A DNA stretch of 59,854 bases, the filler included, from Jimgerdemannia flammicorona (lineage: Eukaryota), in the NCBI GenBank assembly GCA_003990765.1. It is 2 parts of 2 records of this genome, joined end to end, with 100 filler letters (N's around TTAATTAATTAA, not from the genome) between each part and the next. Parts side by side here need not be neighbours in the genome. Positions count along the whole stretch, not along the records: positions 1 to 29,882 come from RBNJ01000464.1; positions 29,983 to 59,854 come from RBNJ01000465.1. One strand, written 5' to 3'. The notes beneath the pieces were generated by a model that had not been told where the DNA came from, ran no database searches, and saw nothing but the letters and a program-made list of their open reading frames with translations. Numbering within the stretch: position 1 is the stretch's first letter; each line of letters opens with the position of its first letter. Shown here piece by piece: positions 25,108 to 47,894 of this stretch. The position numbers and the translations under genes are program-made.

Positions 25108-27164
25108 ATGGCACCCGGAAAGCGGAAACGCGTCGACGAAGAGCTCGTCCTCAACCTGGCCGACGGGGAGGGTTCTGAGTCCACAATAGACGGCCCGGTG
25201 CTAGGTATGCCCTCAGTCAGTTCAGCCTTTACGTCTCTTCTCTTCTCTCGTCTCTTTAAATGTGTAACTGGAATCTGACCCAAAGACCTTGCCACCTTTC
25301 CTTTTTTCAAGCGGCTTTCCCCGGTATCGAGCCGCCGCCGACCACTGTGTTCAAGTGCTACAGGCACACGGATATCTCCAAGTCGAAGAAGGCGAGGCAG
25401 AGGGTCATTGCCGGCGAGACCGATAAGGTCGAGTTTGTGGGAAGCAACTTTGGGGAGCAGATGACCAAGGGGGTGTATTGCAGGTATATTGGGTTTCGAC
25501 AGGAGGTTGCCGTCAGCGTTAATGGTGTTGTGGCGAAGGGAGTGGTGAAAGTAGAGTCTCCGATGAAGCTACAATGCTTTGGGAGGGAGTTAAGACTTGA
25601 ATCTTCTGAGCTTCATATCCCCATGCCAAACGAACATTCGCCGAATGTCCGTCAGAAGATAACCAACTTCGCACTCACCACGCTCGCCCGCACGGATCAC
25701 TGATCCACGGTCACCTCTCTACGCACCCTAGATACGTGCTTGGTGTCCGCTCGAAATCCGCCAACACACTGACGCTCAAGGAGGCGCCCGTGTTTGCGCT
25801 CCACCGAACAGTGAAGGCCCTCAAGAGCCTGTCGTCCGCGAAGAGCAACCCAACGGAGCAGTTCCGTGTGGCCAAGGCCGCCCTGGGCGAGGCCTTCGGC
25901 ACCAAGAAGGTCAAACAGCAGATTAAGGCACTCGAGCGGAACGTCATCGACACCAGCGCGATGCAGGACGTGGCGGGCATTATCCAGGAGCAGATCGAGG
26001 AAAAGACCAACACGTTGCCGTCGAAAGGTTGGTAGAGACGGGTTGGGAGTGATTTCGATATTGGCTGTCTGGGATTCTTTTGCAGAAGCGGTGTGCTGTT
26101 CATTGGGATGGATAGATATGAAGTTTGATTCCGATATGGCGAATTTGGCAATAACAGAGGAGATTAAGTTGGGCACCGATTCCGAGCGTCCCATTCCGCC
26201 GTATAACCTCTCGGCCGAATCGGCGGAGGAGATCTACAAGCTGGAGGACATAATCAGCGACGGCGAGATGCTAGTGATCCCGATTAAGCCTCTGTTGGAT
26301 GCGACCAACAAAGAGGAAAGGAGACTGCCACTACCGTTCAGGTACGCGAGATTTTATCGGGCGTTCGTGGGAGCGCTGTTCGATATGATGTAGGGTTGGG
26401 ACTTCATTTAAATATCATAGGACCATCACTCACTACCCCTTCACCGCTGTTCAATGACGACACCGTTACCCATCCCTATCAGAGTCTCTTCCTTTATCAA
26501 CGACCGCCTGGACCTCATCCTCACGAAGCCGGGTAAGAAGAGCCGAAAGCGAATCCGGATGCTCATGTATCTCTCGTACATGATGGTTTTCTCCACGCTG
26601 AACGACAAACAGCTCGCTGACCGCGAGACCGTGTCGAAAATCCTGCTCAACGCGCCTAGCCCCATCATCGATCGCTTCTATGACCGCTTCACCGAGGTCG
26701 TTGGCGGGCCCGGCGGGAAGCACAAGTGGACTCCTGTTAATAAGGATCGGTTGTTATGCTATATCTTCTTGCTGTCCCTTATGATCGACCAGTATAGTAC
26801 CGACCCCGCGGTGCTGGCGACGGATCTGTCGCTGAAGATGACACGGTGCGTACGGGGTTGGATAGTCCTTTTTCTAGTATCGAGTTTTGTTATTGTTTGG
26901 TTGGGTTATGATAGCGTTGGTCAGAATCTCACAACTTCCACTATGTTCTTCCTATCGGCACTTCCTACTTTCATTTTGTCATTGTACCCTCTCATATTCA
27001 GGACGACGGAGCTTTTCAAGACGCTGGGTTGCAAGGTCGAGAGCTTGAACCCAACGCAGCGTGCCCAGTTGGACCTGACCACGTCAGAGGCCAAGAAAAT
27101 GAAACGCGCCACGCTCTTAGCGCCGCTCACATTTCCAGCGCCGCGGCTGTTCAAAAAGAACTAA
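25108..27164 (+). CDS. RPA49: RNA polymerase I subunit A49 (RPA49/PAF53), about 6 exons
   Basis: ATG 25108. GT-AG exons approx. 25108-25204, 25312-25483, 25732-26027, 26158-26341, 26482-26845, 27002-27164. Motifs GETDKVEFVG, AKAALGEAFGTKK, RPIPPYNLSAES..IY.LEDII, LATDLSL..LFKTLGC, ATLLAPLTFP. Confidence 0.9.
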
Positions 27165-27759
27165 GAGAGTGGGATGGATGGGTGGGTAGACTGGAGAAGG
27201 CGAATGAATAGTTTTGGATAGTTTTGGATAGTGGGTAATCAGCGATGTTGCAGGTGTGGTAATGACAAAACATGATATTTTTTGTGGGAGAAATATGAGC
27301 GACAAGATGCATAGGTAGTTGGATGTACGAAGTCGACACTCTAGATTTTATATTACAAATCTTTTCCGAGAAATATTGTAAAACTTTCATGTGCCATTTC
27401 GGAGCACATTATTTGTCATCAGGTTGCGAGGTCGCAAGGAGCTCCTTCTGAATGTATGAATGGCATTGACCATCAATTGTCATTAAGAGAGCGGTTGAGA
27501 TTCACGCGACCTCCGTTCCACATTCATGCATACTCAAATCTAGTTTTAAATCCTAATCCCACGACTTCTTTGCTTTATCTCCTCTCAACAAAGCCCCGCC
27601 ATCTCTATTTTCTGCGCATATTTTTCACGCCTACAATTGAACCTATCTATTCCACATTTCTGATCAATCTAGTAAGAAAATATAAGTCTTGCAGAAGATC
27701 CTATTTCTACGGTAGACCCCAATGTCAGTGTGAACTGGCTCTTGTTGGTGGTTGACAAT

Positions 27760-29880
27760 AAGGTCTGCAGAAAGATATTGTATACATCATTGACATCTCT
27801 GTCAATCTCAGACTTGTAACCTAGGCAGCAAAAAACCAGACTATAGTCACATCTACTGATATACTCATATATATAGGATGACTCAGTATTAGGAATATTT
27901 ATATATATTATAGGTGAGAGATGTTAGCAGAAATAATAATATAATTATATATATATCACTCTTATAGTCTTAGAGTAAATATATATACTACTATTTATAT
28001 CTATTGTAATAGTTGATCTGAATTAGTAATACATATGAATCAGAGGAATAGACATTTAATTGCAGTATCTGAATCCAATTTCCAAATATAGTATAGTCTA
28101 ACAAATAGTAGCCATATTCTCACAAATATAGAAACTTTATAAATATAGAAATTCTACAGATGTAGAATCTTCATAATCATAGAGATTTCACAGATGTAGA
28201 GGATCTATATTTGTAGAAAATAACTTACAGAAAACATAGTCATAACTTAGCTATCTTATAGCTAGTAAACTTATATAAATACCCCAGTATCTAGAGTAAA
28301 TAAACCTCAGATTGAAATAGTTCAAAGTAAAGAGAAAGCAAAGAAACTAGTAAGTCTGTGGGCAGATATACTTTGAACTCACCCACCCCTATATTCTGAG
28401 GACTCTGCAGAGTCAAAGAAGATCAAGTTTCTAAGATATAGAAATCTGACATACTTCTACAGTTATGTATCTGCTATATTACAACTTGGTGCTTATTAGA
28501 TAGTGATTATGATGAATCTCTCACTTTTAAGCTAAATAATAAATAACTACTACTACTCAAATAACAATATAAATCAAATCAAGATATTTAGATAAGATGG
28601 ATATGAGAATATCAGTATTCTATAGATATACTTCAGATGAATCAATCATCATCTTCATTGATGATTTTGAGCAGTATACTACTATAAGAATCTTGACAGA
28701 AATACAGCAAGTAGCTCTTATGCTCTTCAGTCTCTGAGGACTAGTAAGAGCAGTATTTATAGCTATAATCCATATGAGAAATGATGATAATACAGTGCTA
28801 ATAGCACAGAAGACCTGGTTTTGAGCCATCTACTATACAAATAAGATCAAGTAAGCTTTGAAGAATCAACTCAATACAACTTGTCAAGAAATGAGTGAGG
28901 ATCCAATCACATTCTACACTAGAATCTAATATTAGATAATTCTTATAAATTATGCTGATGCTATCTAAGATTAAGTAGCAAAGGCAATCTTTATGAAAGG
29001 AGTCTATCTAGAAATAGCTCTAGCCATCTACTTATTACTAATAGTCCTAGATCTACTACAAAAGGTTACCTATACCCAGTAATATTAGATAACCAGATAT
29101 ATACAAGACTATATAATAGAAAGAGTCACTGGAGTTAGAATCAAAGTACTCAAGACAACTAGTGTAATCTCTACTATAGTGATCAATCAAAACACATCTC
29201 AGCTAAGAGCTACTGAGTAGCAGAAGAATAACAACCCTATAGAGGAACTTATCAAGAAGTATGGTGGAGATTCATAAGAAGGAATATAATACTCAACTAT
29301 AGGACAGGATGGATGGAAGTGGATGGTGGTAGAGATTGTGAGTGGTATAATGAGGTGGATGGAGGAGTGGTGTAGTTACTGGAGTATGTTCTGGCAGAAT
29401 GTCCAGAGATAGAAGGGTACTGATAGATATTAGAAGGATATTGGAGTCTAAAGAAAAGGAGGCTGGGGGAATCTACTGGTCTAGTAGTTAAAAGGCAACT
29501 AGTTGGAGTCTCTGGAGATATTTGGAGTAGGCTGGGCTGAGTTCTTAGAGTCTGAGTTTTGATGGCAGTATATTGGCAATGAGTGTTTAAGTGGAAGCCT
29601 TAGATGGGAATAGGGAAGTTGGTTGAGAAGTAGAGATGGCTTTTTCAGGAGGTAGTACAAGGGATGATGGTTTCAGGAGAAGCAGTAATAGCTGGAGGTC
29701 TTGAAGAAGGTACAGGATATTGTACAGAAGAGTTATAGTAATTTTGTGCTAGATGACTAAGAAGTTAGATAGAAGGAAGAGATTAGCTGAGAGATCTTTC
29801 TGTATATATATCTTAGTAGTAGTCAGGGTGAGGGTCTCATTAATGTATTAGATTCTAGGTAATAAAGAAGTGTAAGGAAC
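27760..29880 (+). mobile_element. Highly degraded retroelement relic (gag-like segment around 28600-29250)
   Basis: AT-rich and CpG-free. Weak gag-like text CQEMSEDPITFYTRI...KAIFMKG. Confidence 0.45.
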
Positions 29881-29882
29881 TA

Positions 29883-29982
29883 NNNNNNNNNNNNNNNNNN
29901 NNNNNNNNNNNNNNNNNNNNNNNNNNTTAATTAATTAANNNNNNNNNNNNNNNNNNNNNNNNNNNNNNNNNNNNNNNNNNNN
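29883..29982. other. Artificial 100-bp scaffold spacer (44 N + TTAATTAATTAA + 44 N)
   Basis: Symmetric N runs around a six-frame-stop linker at 29927-29938. Confidence 0.95.
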
Positions 29983-31156
29983 AAAAAAAAAAAAAAAAGG
30001 TTGCATTCTCTGCATAACGGTGCCGGCTCTACACATCCCGACGGCACGGTATTTACATTGGCGCCGCTGTGAGTGTTTCCGCGAAATAGTATTGGTGGAT
30101 AGGCTGGGACATGGTTTTTTCAACCCATTAGGGAAAGTGGAATGAAAATCGGATAGAGGCGATGGATTGGATGCGAGATGGCGTGTGGACGGGCAGCTGA
30201 ACCCGATGCAAAAATTGGAGTAATGATGAATAAAATGGAATGATTGAAAGAAAATCAAACATCCGAACACACTTCTGCAGTCCTTTTTTGGTAGAAAAAC
30301 CGGTACAAGCAGACAGCTCACCTCCCCACTCCTATTAACAACGAAACAAGACAACGGAGACAGCATTCGTGCGACAGGGAAAGTCAGATAGTAAGTGTTT
30401 GTGACCGAACCACCACCTGCAGCGATTTAAAGCGAGGAGGACGGCCATCAGCAGACAACTTGAGCGAGCGTAGGTTCCCATTGCAGCAGTAGCCAGCCAA
30501 CCTCGGACTACGAGCACAACTACTCTAATTCACCTTTGAATCTCTTTGCCTTAGGCATTTGCGGCCCGAACACTCAGTTACTGTACACGAAGGCGCGATC
30601 CGTCAACTTCTCTCGGCAACGCCCCCAACTTTTGTAAAACGAGGGAGAGAAACGAGAGACGGACAGAGTGTGTAGAGGGCCAAGGTACGCGTCGTAATGC
30701 GCTGACATTCTCGTTTTCGGCATGTCGAGAAAGTGCAATGGAGATGCATTGATGCGGCCAAGACTTCCCCTAACTCACTGTTATACCACTCACTTCTCGT
30801 TGCTCACAACAAATGCGGCGCGTCGGCTTCACATTCAGGTTTACTGAAAGTCGAGTTATCTACACGTGGCATCTTGAACCGCTCGACAACTTTTCGAGAA
30901 TTCACACCATCGCCCCCCACTGCTTTACGAATTGTCTTGACGACCTCACTTCTGAACGACTCTTTTACAAGGTAGAGTGTAGTTGGAAGCTCGACTAGAT
31001 GCAATAGCTTGTTACTGGTTACTAATTTTATAGACGAAATAATAATCGAAACCCTTTTTTTTTTTTTTTTTCCTGTTACAGCTCTTTGATAGACAATCGA
31101 GTATATCGTACACATCTCTTTAACGGCGCGCCAAATCGGATTTAAAAACCACAACC

Positions 31157-39927
<8,771 letters not shown>

Positions 39928-40325
39928 GAGGCTAAGGAGCGACACTATATGTGGATCACTTTACATCAATAGTGCCGATGCTGGCTCATAGACACTTTTC
40001 GTAGGATAGCTTTTGTAATGTCTTCATATCCCCCTATTTTTTGCTGGTTCTCATGTTTTCTCTCTGTACATTGCTTTGCGCTTTCCAGCTTGTTCTATCA
40101 AAATCATCTCAGGTTTCGCTTTTACGTAAAGCGTTATGTCTTTTTGCGGCCGTTGTATAACCATGTTTTTAATTTCATCAATATAATACAGGATATATAG
40201 ATTTTTCATTGTTTAGAGTGCTGTGGTATTAGGGCAATGATCGAGACTAATATCTGGGACGTGTAAGGTATCCGTATCCTTTTGCGAGTTCGAAACCAGG
40301 GTCAACGGTGCCGTTGCGGGAGCGC

Positions 40326-40368
<43 letters not shown>

Positions 40369-41318
40369 CAATGGATATGTTGATGCTTTTGTCAGCTTTT
40401 ATTTATGGCCAAGGAGCGTCGCGCGCCTCTCCGACGATAGGAATATTGAAAATGGTGACGTCATGGGATTTTTGTGACGCCATCGTGAGGATGAAGTTAA
40501 ATACCAGTGAACATGAAAGGATAGCAAAGTAGAGGTGTATTGACAATAATTGATGTCACAATTAAATGGTTTATAATCCGTGCCGGTAAAGAATACAATT
40601 GTGGCAGCGATGCGCTCCCCACTCAAGCTCACGGCTCAGCCATGACTCAGCAGCCCTGGCGAGCTCGAGCGCGAACGTTTTAGAGCCAGGACTTTCACGC
40701 GTAGGCAAAGAGTATCAGATGGCCCTGCGACGATTGCAGCTCAGCTTTGTACTTCTCTTCGTATCTTTCGCCCTAATTATGTGGCGGAACATATTTTTCC
40801 GCATTTCGTTCGAGTATACCGTTTCACTGTTCGTAGATATTCACAATTAGGTCTTCTCTTGCTTTACATTCATAGTGGGTGGCATGATTTATATTGGGCC
40901 CATCGTTTGAGAAATGTCAACAATCTTTATGGCAGTAAGTAGCAACCCATTATAAAGGCCGAGGAAACTTGCATCGAATTGCAAATATAAACGCCTGCTC
41001 GTCGATAACCAAACCTTCATCCTCACCCCTTTTGTCAAGAGCTGCAACTGATAGCAAAACCCTCAAAATCAACATGCCTTTCATTTTGCTCATCAGTATC
41101 CTCTTTCCCCTCCTCACCATTGTCATAGAAACACTGGATATGAAACCCTCATCTGGAAATCTTAATTTTTCTCTCCATGTCTTGTCAATCGTACATGATC
41201 AGCCACGACACTGCTTGGGACAATACCACCCCTTAAACAGCGAATTTAATGAACACAAAAAATAACTATTCCGATGCTATAATTTATAAAACGAAGCAAA
41301 CTGCTCTGAGTCACACGG

Positions 41319-43334
41319 CTAAACTTTAGACGATGCATCTTGCCTTTCTTTCTCCACCATGAGTGTATCCTCTTTCACTTTCTGGGTTTCCATCTCCCTC
41401 AAGCTCTTCGACCGGAACGCCCAAATAACAATCCCGCTTACTGCGCCCACGCAGGCCTGGAAGACGAGCGCAGGCCGTGGATCGAAGGTTGCACTGCCGG
41501 ATGGGTAGATGAGTTGCGTCATAATGACAGTGAATATGACGCCCATGAGCTGACCACCGCCCCAACACGCAGAGGCGGAGATCGAAGGTGAGGTCGGGTA
41601 GGAACCTTCCAATTGAGATATGGAGAGATAAAAAACGAGGCAATTGATAGACTTGAAATTAAATCAAAATCAGAAAGTAAGAATTGTCACTATTTACGTC
41701 TACTTACATTCCGCGCCGAGTTCAAGAACGAGGGCGAGCGGGACAATGACGAGCAAGCCAAGAACGGATGAAACAGCCGCGATAGCTGGAAGATTATTTT
41801 CATGAACTAGCAGAACGAACAAAAGCCGGACAAAACGAAGTAAATTCGCATGAAGTGTGATTAGCCTGACTTATTCAAAACGAGAACTATAATACACGGG
41901 AGATAGATACTTACCGACAAAAAGAAGCACAATATACATGACGCCTAGGAGCGACATCATAATCTTTACTGAAATTTGCATGACAGCCGACCTCCTGAAG
42001 AATGGTGTAATCACCACTATAGAAGAGTGCGGGGTATCTGATGAGATCCTCATTGTAATCGCACCCTGCAGCAAACTTTTTGGAGGGGGGGATTCTATTG
42101 CGCAGGACATCCGAACACTACACTAAATAAATTTCATTCTTACCTGCACCCAGACATCCTACCAGGGTCCACAACAACCCCACAATTCCAGCTTGATCAT
42201 TGGTGTACCCGTACGGGGTCAAAAACTGGTTCAGTAGCGTGGAGAAGGCCGTGGAAAGGCCAAGGTAGAAGCTAAACACGACAAGGAGAATCCAAAAATT
42301 GATGTTGTTGGCGATCTGTCGAAGGCCGGTGAAGAAGGGAAGCGGGGGAGATGAGGCGATGATGGAAGGCGGGATCAGAGGAGTTGAAGTCACGAATAGA
42401 GTTGGCAGAAACAACACTGTAGAGATGATTGAGGTGACAAGAAGCTGGTAGTATTGGGAAACAAAAGATGACAAGAATAGATAGTGAGACGTCAGATCAA
42501 ACAATGAAGCCATTTAATGGTGGAAAGGCATGAGACCTACTGCAAAGGGTATATGATCCACATCCGGTGCCAGCGTTGGTATCAACGGCATAACGATAGC
42601 CAGGCCTATTGGACTGCTACCAATCATATTGCCAATTGCGCGCTCCTTCTCGCCAAACCAAAGAGCAACATACTTTGTTGGCATATTGAGGAAGTACGGG
42701 GCTGCGAGGGCCGCGACGAATTGGCCGACCATCGTGAGCGCGAAACGACCCGAGGAGTTATTTGTGACGAAGACGGCGAAATACCGAAGCCAGGCACCGA
42801 GAAGATTGAGTAGAGCACCAACGACCAACTTTTCCAAAGAAGAGGATGCAATGGGTCATTTTCTGATGTTTTGGAAACTACACGGATTCGTCTGAGGGCC
42901 TTGGATAAAACAATACATCGCAGCCTCCGCCATTATGAAATTCGAAAACCACTTACCGACCACCTGATGCCGAATTTATCGAACGACCACCCAATTGCAC
43001 CTGAAATGACCACATACGTGACAGCATACACATTGGAAAGCCAGTTCAAAGCGTTATAATCAATATTATAGTACTCCACGACCAACGCTGCCACCGGACC
43101 AAAAGTCAGCCAGTTGATCTGAGAGCTGATGTTGAGGAACAGGATGAGGAATATGCCGAGCCATCGACGCTTGTACAGCTTGAAAAAAATTTCTCCATCG
43201 GTAGTTGATGGAGGGGCATCAATTGCCTCACCGAGCGATTTTTCCTTGATGCCCTCCGCAGCGTCATCCGTTTTCGACGTGACAAGTCCGTCCACGTTCG
43301 ATTGGTTGGTTTGACCTTTGCCAGCCTGATCCAT
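41319..43334 (-). CDS. MFS transporter, FLVCR/SLC49-like, multi-exon
   Basis: FKLYKRRWLGIF..NW..F.P, NWLS..Y, GQFVAALAAPY.LN.PT..ALWFG.KER, and C-terminal EGSYP.SPSISAS..W..GQL.G in successive minus-strand exons. Confidence 0.88.
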
Positions 43335-43714
43335 TGCTCAATTTCCCTTACAATCTACGATCACAACGTAAACGGATCACTCTTAAGTCTTCGTGGCTTG
43401 TGTTGTGCACGATCGGCTTGTACCCCCGATAGTCCGTCCGAAGGAGTTGGTCTTCTGGGACTGTCTGATGGACTATATATTTCGTAGACGCGGAATGATG
43501 TGGCAAATGCATCCACCCAAGCGTCGCTCTATCTGTAATTTTTATTTAATACATATATTATGGAGTTCTTTCTCGCCCCTTTTGTCTTGCTCAAAAACAA
43601 CGCAGTTCAAAAAGTTACGTTTCCTCTGTATCTGATGTCACTGCATCAAAAATTCCGGGTGGCTTGGAATGGCCACATTCCAACCTTGAGTTTTTGGACA
43701 GGAGCTTCGCACAC

Positions 43715-45301
43715 ATGGACTTCTGCTTCGCCGTCCCCAAAGGTCTGGAAACAATCGCACACGACGATATCCGCGAGAACGTTGGCGGTGTTGGCGTAAT
43801 TCTTGTGGTAGAAGGCTCAGGCTTTGTTTACCTCAGATGCGATAAATCCCAGAATCATGCGGACATCGTATCCAGGATCAACAACGCTAACCTTCTGAGC
43901 GTCGAAAGCTGCTACACCATCCTCGGTACCTGCACAATGCCCAAACGCTTAATAAATGAAAAGAATCCCGAGATACTTTACGATTGGATTGAGAAGCAGA
44001 TGCAGGATAAAACCCTTTTTGCATGGGACGAATGTCTCGCTGCAATAAAGAGTCTGGTTCCATCGCTCTCGGACACCAAATTGGCCAGCGACAATCCCAC
44101 AGTGGTGACAAAAACTGACGGCTTGATGAAGTTCAGAGCTTCGTTTGAGAAAAACGACCATAAACATACTGTAGCCTCTCAAGACATTGCCGGCGCGATC
44201 GGCTCGGTTGTATTGAAACGCTTCCCGCACTGGAAAGTCGACCTTAAGCATTACGACTTGGAGGTTTTCGGCACTTGGCTAACACAGATGCCCAATTTTG
44301 CGTCGACTCACCAACCCTCATCGCCGTCATTCTCAGAGGCGCCCGACGTCCCCTTCCTCCTCGCCATCACCGTCCCCACATCTGGCAGCAAGTCTACCAA
44401 TTACCGCAACCGTGTCGCTTTCGGCCGCACCGCAATGCGGCCTACCATTGCGCATTGCCTCGTCCGCATGGCGAATCCGCGACCTGGCGATATCGTGCTT
44501 GACCCGTGTGGCGGGGTTGGAACCATCCCGATCGAGGGAGCGTATGCGTACCCAGCGAGCTTATTCATTGGGGGCGAAGGTCAGAATTATGGGCAGTTAG
44601 CAAATAATAGCATTCAATTGTGGTTGTTCTTTTAGTCCCTTTAGCTCAAGCACACCCTGTCTTGATTGTTTTAATGATCTATAGTCCACGGTCCCGCCAT
44701 TTGCGAGAGTGCTCGTGCTAATGTGCAGCATGCCAAGGTACGCAACGTGGAGCTAATGCATGCCGACGCGCGCAGAATACATTTGCGCGATCATTGCATA
44801 GATCTTGTTGTCTCTGGTACGTTTATTACTTTCTGCTAAAATCTTCCACTTCCTGTGTTGGTTAGAAATGATATCCTTCAATTTCTAACCTTGGAATTTC
44901 TGTCATTGTCGCCTAAACTTTACAGATTTGCCATGGGGAAGACGTGAGGGATCCTTCAACCAAATTATGAAGGTCAGCTTCGTCAATTCATTCCACTGTT
45001 TGTAATGGTTCATTGGCTTTATTTTGTTTTATTTATTTTTTTTCTTTTGGCTTCTCCCCCGACCATGAATCCTCACTCATACGGTTCATTTTTGCGCACT
45101 TTACAGCTCTACCCGAAATTAATGAAAGAACTTTACAGAATCATCAGGCCCCACGGCCGCGCCTTCCTCGTCACGCAAGGACACAAGGTCATGAACCGCG
45201 TGCTGGAGTACCCATGGTGTGCAAATATGTTTGAGGTGGAACAAAAGGTCGAGATCACGATTGGATACAGAGTTTACTTGTATGTTCTGGTCAGGAAATG
45301 A
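43715..45301 (+). CDS. THUMP-domain SAM-dependent RNA methyltransferase (THUMPD2/3-like), about 4 exons
   Basis: MDFCFAVPKGLE; THUMP KFRAS..SQDIAGAIG..WKVDLKHYDLEV; RTAMRPTIAH; VLDPCGGVGTIPIEG; DLVVSDLPWGRR. Exons approx. 43715-44579, 44685-44816, 44926-44972, 45107-45301. Confidence 0.88.
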
Positions 45302-45385
45302 TGTGACTATAAGATTTTCAATATTACACAATTTCCTCGACATTTGTGATCCACGTCACGTGGGGGCGCCAGCTCTTCAAAGTAG

Positions 45386-45937
<552 letters not shown>

Positions 45938-46487
45938 TGGGTTAGGGGCGGATTCGGAGAGATCTGGATGCCAGTTATCTCGAAGCTAAAAAAGCGCGGA
46001 GAATTGATTGGAAAAGGGATGTACATGGCGATTAAGGTTCGCATAGGGCCGTGCCATTGTGAACCCTCTGTTATAATGCAGACGAAGCGTTCTTTTCGTA
46101 CGATAGACTGCAGTCGGGGACATTGGCCAAGGTCATGATTTAAACTTGGGCTATAGATATCTATCTGAATTTGGTATACAACAAATTGGTGATCGGTTTG
46201 AGATATTAGTGGTTAATAAAATCTACCATGTAAATGATTGCGGAGAAAAACAAACCAAGAAGGATTCAAGAGGCTCATTACGTGATAAGAAATGCTTTTA
46301 TGCTTAGCTATACTGCCCTTCTGTGGTTAACGCAGAGATTGGTCGTACATTTGATATGCGAGAACGAAAAATGAAGAACGAGAAAGAAAAAAAAAAAAAA
46401 AATTTTGAATAGCTGGGATTGCAGAGCAAAATGGTTTCTATGTTATATACAGTCCATTCCAACCATCCCCCACCACTCACGCCAGCC

Positions 46488-47610
46488 TCACGAACCCTCC
46501 TGCAACCGACGATGCAACGCCCTCACAAACTGTCCAACATTTTCGCTCGTCACCCGCCTCGCAGAAGGCTCATCCTGCATATCCTCATCCTCATCCTCCT
46601 CCCCATCTTTCGGTCCCTCTGCCCTGACCCGCTTCCCCAGCGCCGTCAACACCTTGGCCAGCCCGGTGTGGACTTGCTCGATGTGTTGGCGCCGTCGCGA
46701 GTTCTCCTCGTTCAACTCCTTAAGCCGCTCGCGCCGGTCCTCCAGCGGGCCGCGGACGGAGTCCAGCTGTTCCTGGAGCCCCTCGCGTTCGGACAAGAGG
46801 TCTCGGCGTGTTTGCTTGAGGCGGCGGAGCTCGTCGAGGCGGGCTGCGTGTCGAGCAACGTGGAAGCAAATGAGCTGAGCTTGGTGATTTGGGTCGAAAA
46901 GTATGTGAGGGATCAGGGAATTCACGATTGGCGTACCTGCGTGGAACTCATTAAACGCGTCCCCGAATATCTCGACGGCATTGAAGCTTTCTAGGGGTTG
47001 GCCTGCGCTTCGAGAAAGAGTATGGCTTTATTCAGATTTTTGGTGTGTCGTTTCAAGAGTGAATGTATACAAGTTCCTGATACACACCTACGTGAGCAGT
47101 CTGAAGATTCAAGTTGATAAGGACAATCGAAATATTAATATTGAAATCTACTTAAATGCACAATCGATGACAACCACTTTGAGAACATGCCTCAATATCG
47201 ATGGTTTTTAATACCACCGGTTTCTGGACTTCCAAGGATCCGTTCGGTTTCGATGAGGAAGAGGGAGCGCCGTCGTCACCTTCAACAGCGTCATCTTCCG
47301 AGGATTCAGAGGAAGTTCCTTTATATGGCAAAGAATGAACGAATGGGTGAAATTTCAAATGGGTATTCGGCTTTCATCTATATTTTCCAATGTTTGAAAA
47401 ACTATGGGAGAAAAGGCAATGTGTGGTATTGACCAGTTGGCGAACCCAGGTCGTCGGCGTCTCGGGGTACGAAGTCCTCGTCGGCTTCGGAGTCGGACGT
47501 GTCATCATCTTCGAGATTCCCCTGCAATGGGTTTCGTTTTAGAGTCCGAGAGAGTGTGTTACGCATTGAGCAATGGGACAGGGGGGTGGACAAGCGACGT
47601 GATGCATAGC
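46488..47610 (-). CDS. Hypothetical spliced protein, acidic N-terminus and C-terminal coiled coil
   Basis: Coding-like GC-rich exons (EDDDTSDSEADEDF; SSESSEDDA; SFNAVEIFGDAFNEFHA; RLDELRRLKQTRRDLLSEREGLQEQL...) separated by GT-AG introns. Start codon uncertain. Confidence 0.6.
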
Positions 47611-47894
47611 TATTGTTAAGAAGTGTACCTGCAATAGCCAGCTTGTCATTGCCGGCATCGGGACGTTGTTATTGAAACAAGTATGGACAGCTCCTATCAC
47701 ATGACCATGCCAGCCACAAAACGAAATCCCAATTTGACTAATGCCGTCATCAGCGCAGTCATTTTCTTGACATGTTTTTGGGTGAATCAAAAAAAGGAAA
47801 TTCAGACAGACTGATTATAGTTACAAAGCAAGCAAACGAATAAAAGAACCCCCCATGTACCACCATTCCCAAACATCAAAATCTATAAAAGCCG

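Noticed and set aside
40330..40364. Long poly(A) tract as a retrocopy tail
   Set aside because: No TSD or upstream retrogene. Similar homopolymers are common in introns and intergenic DNA throughout the window.
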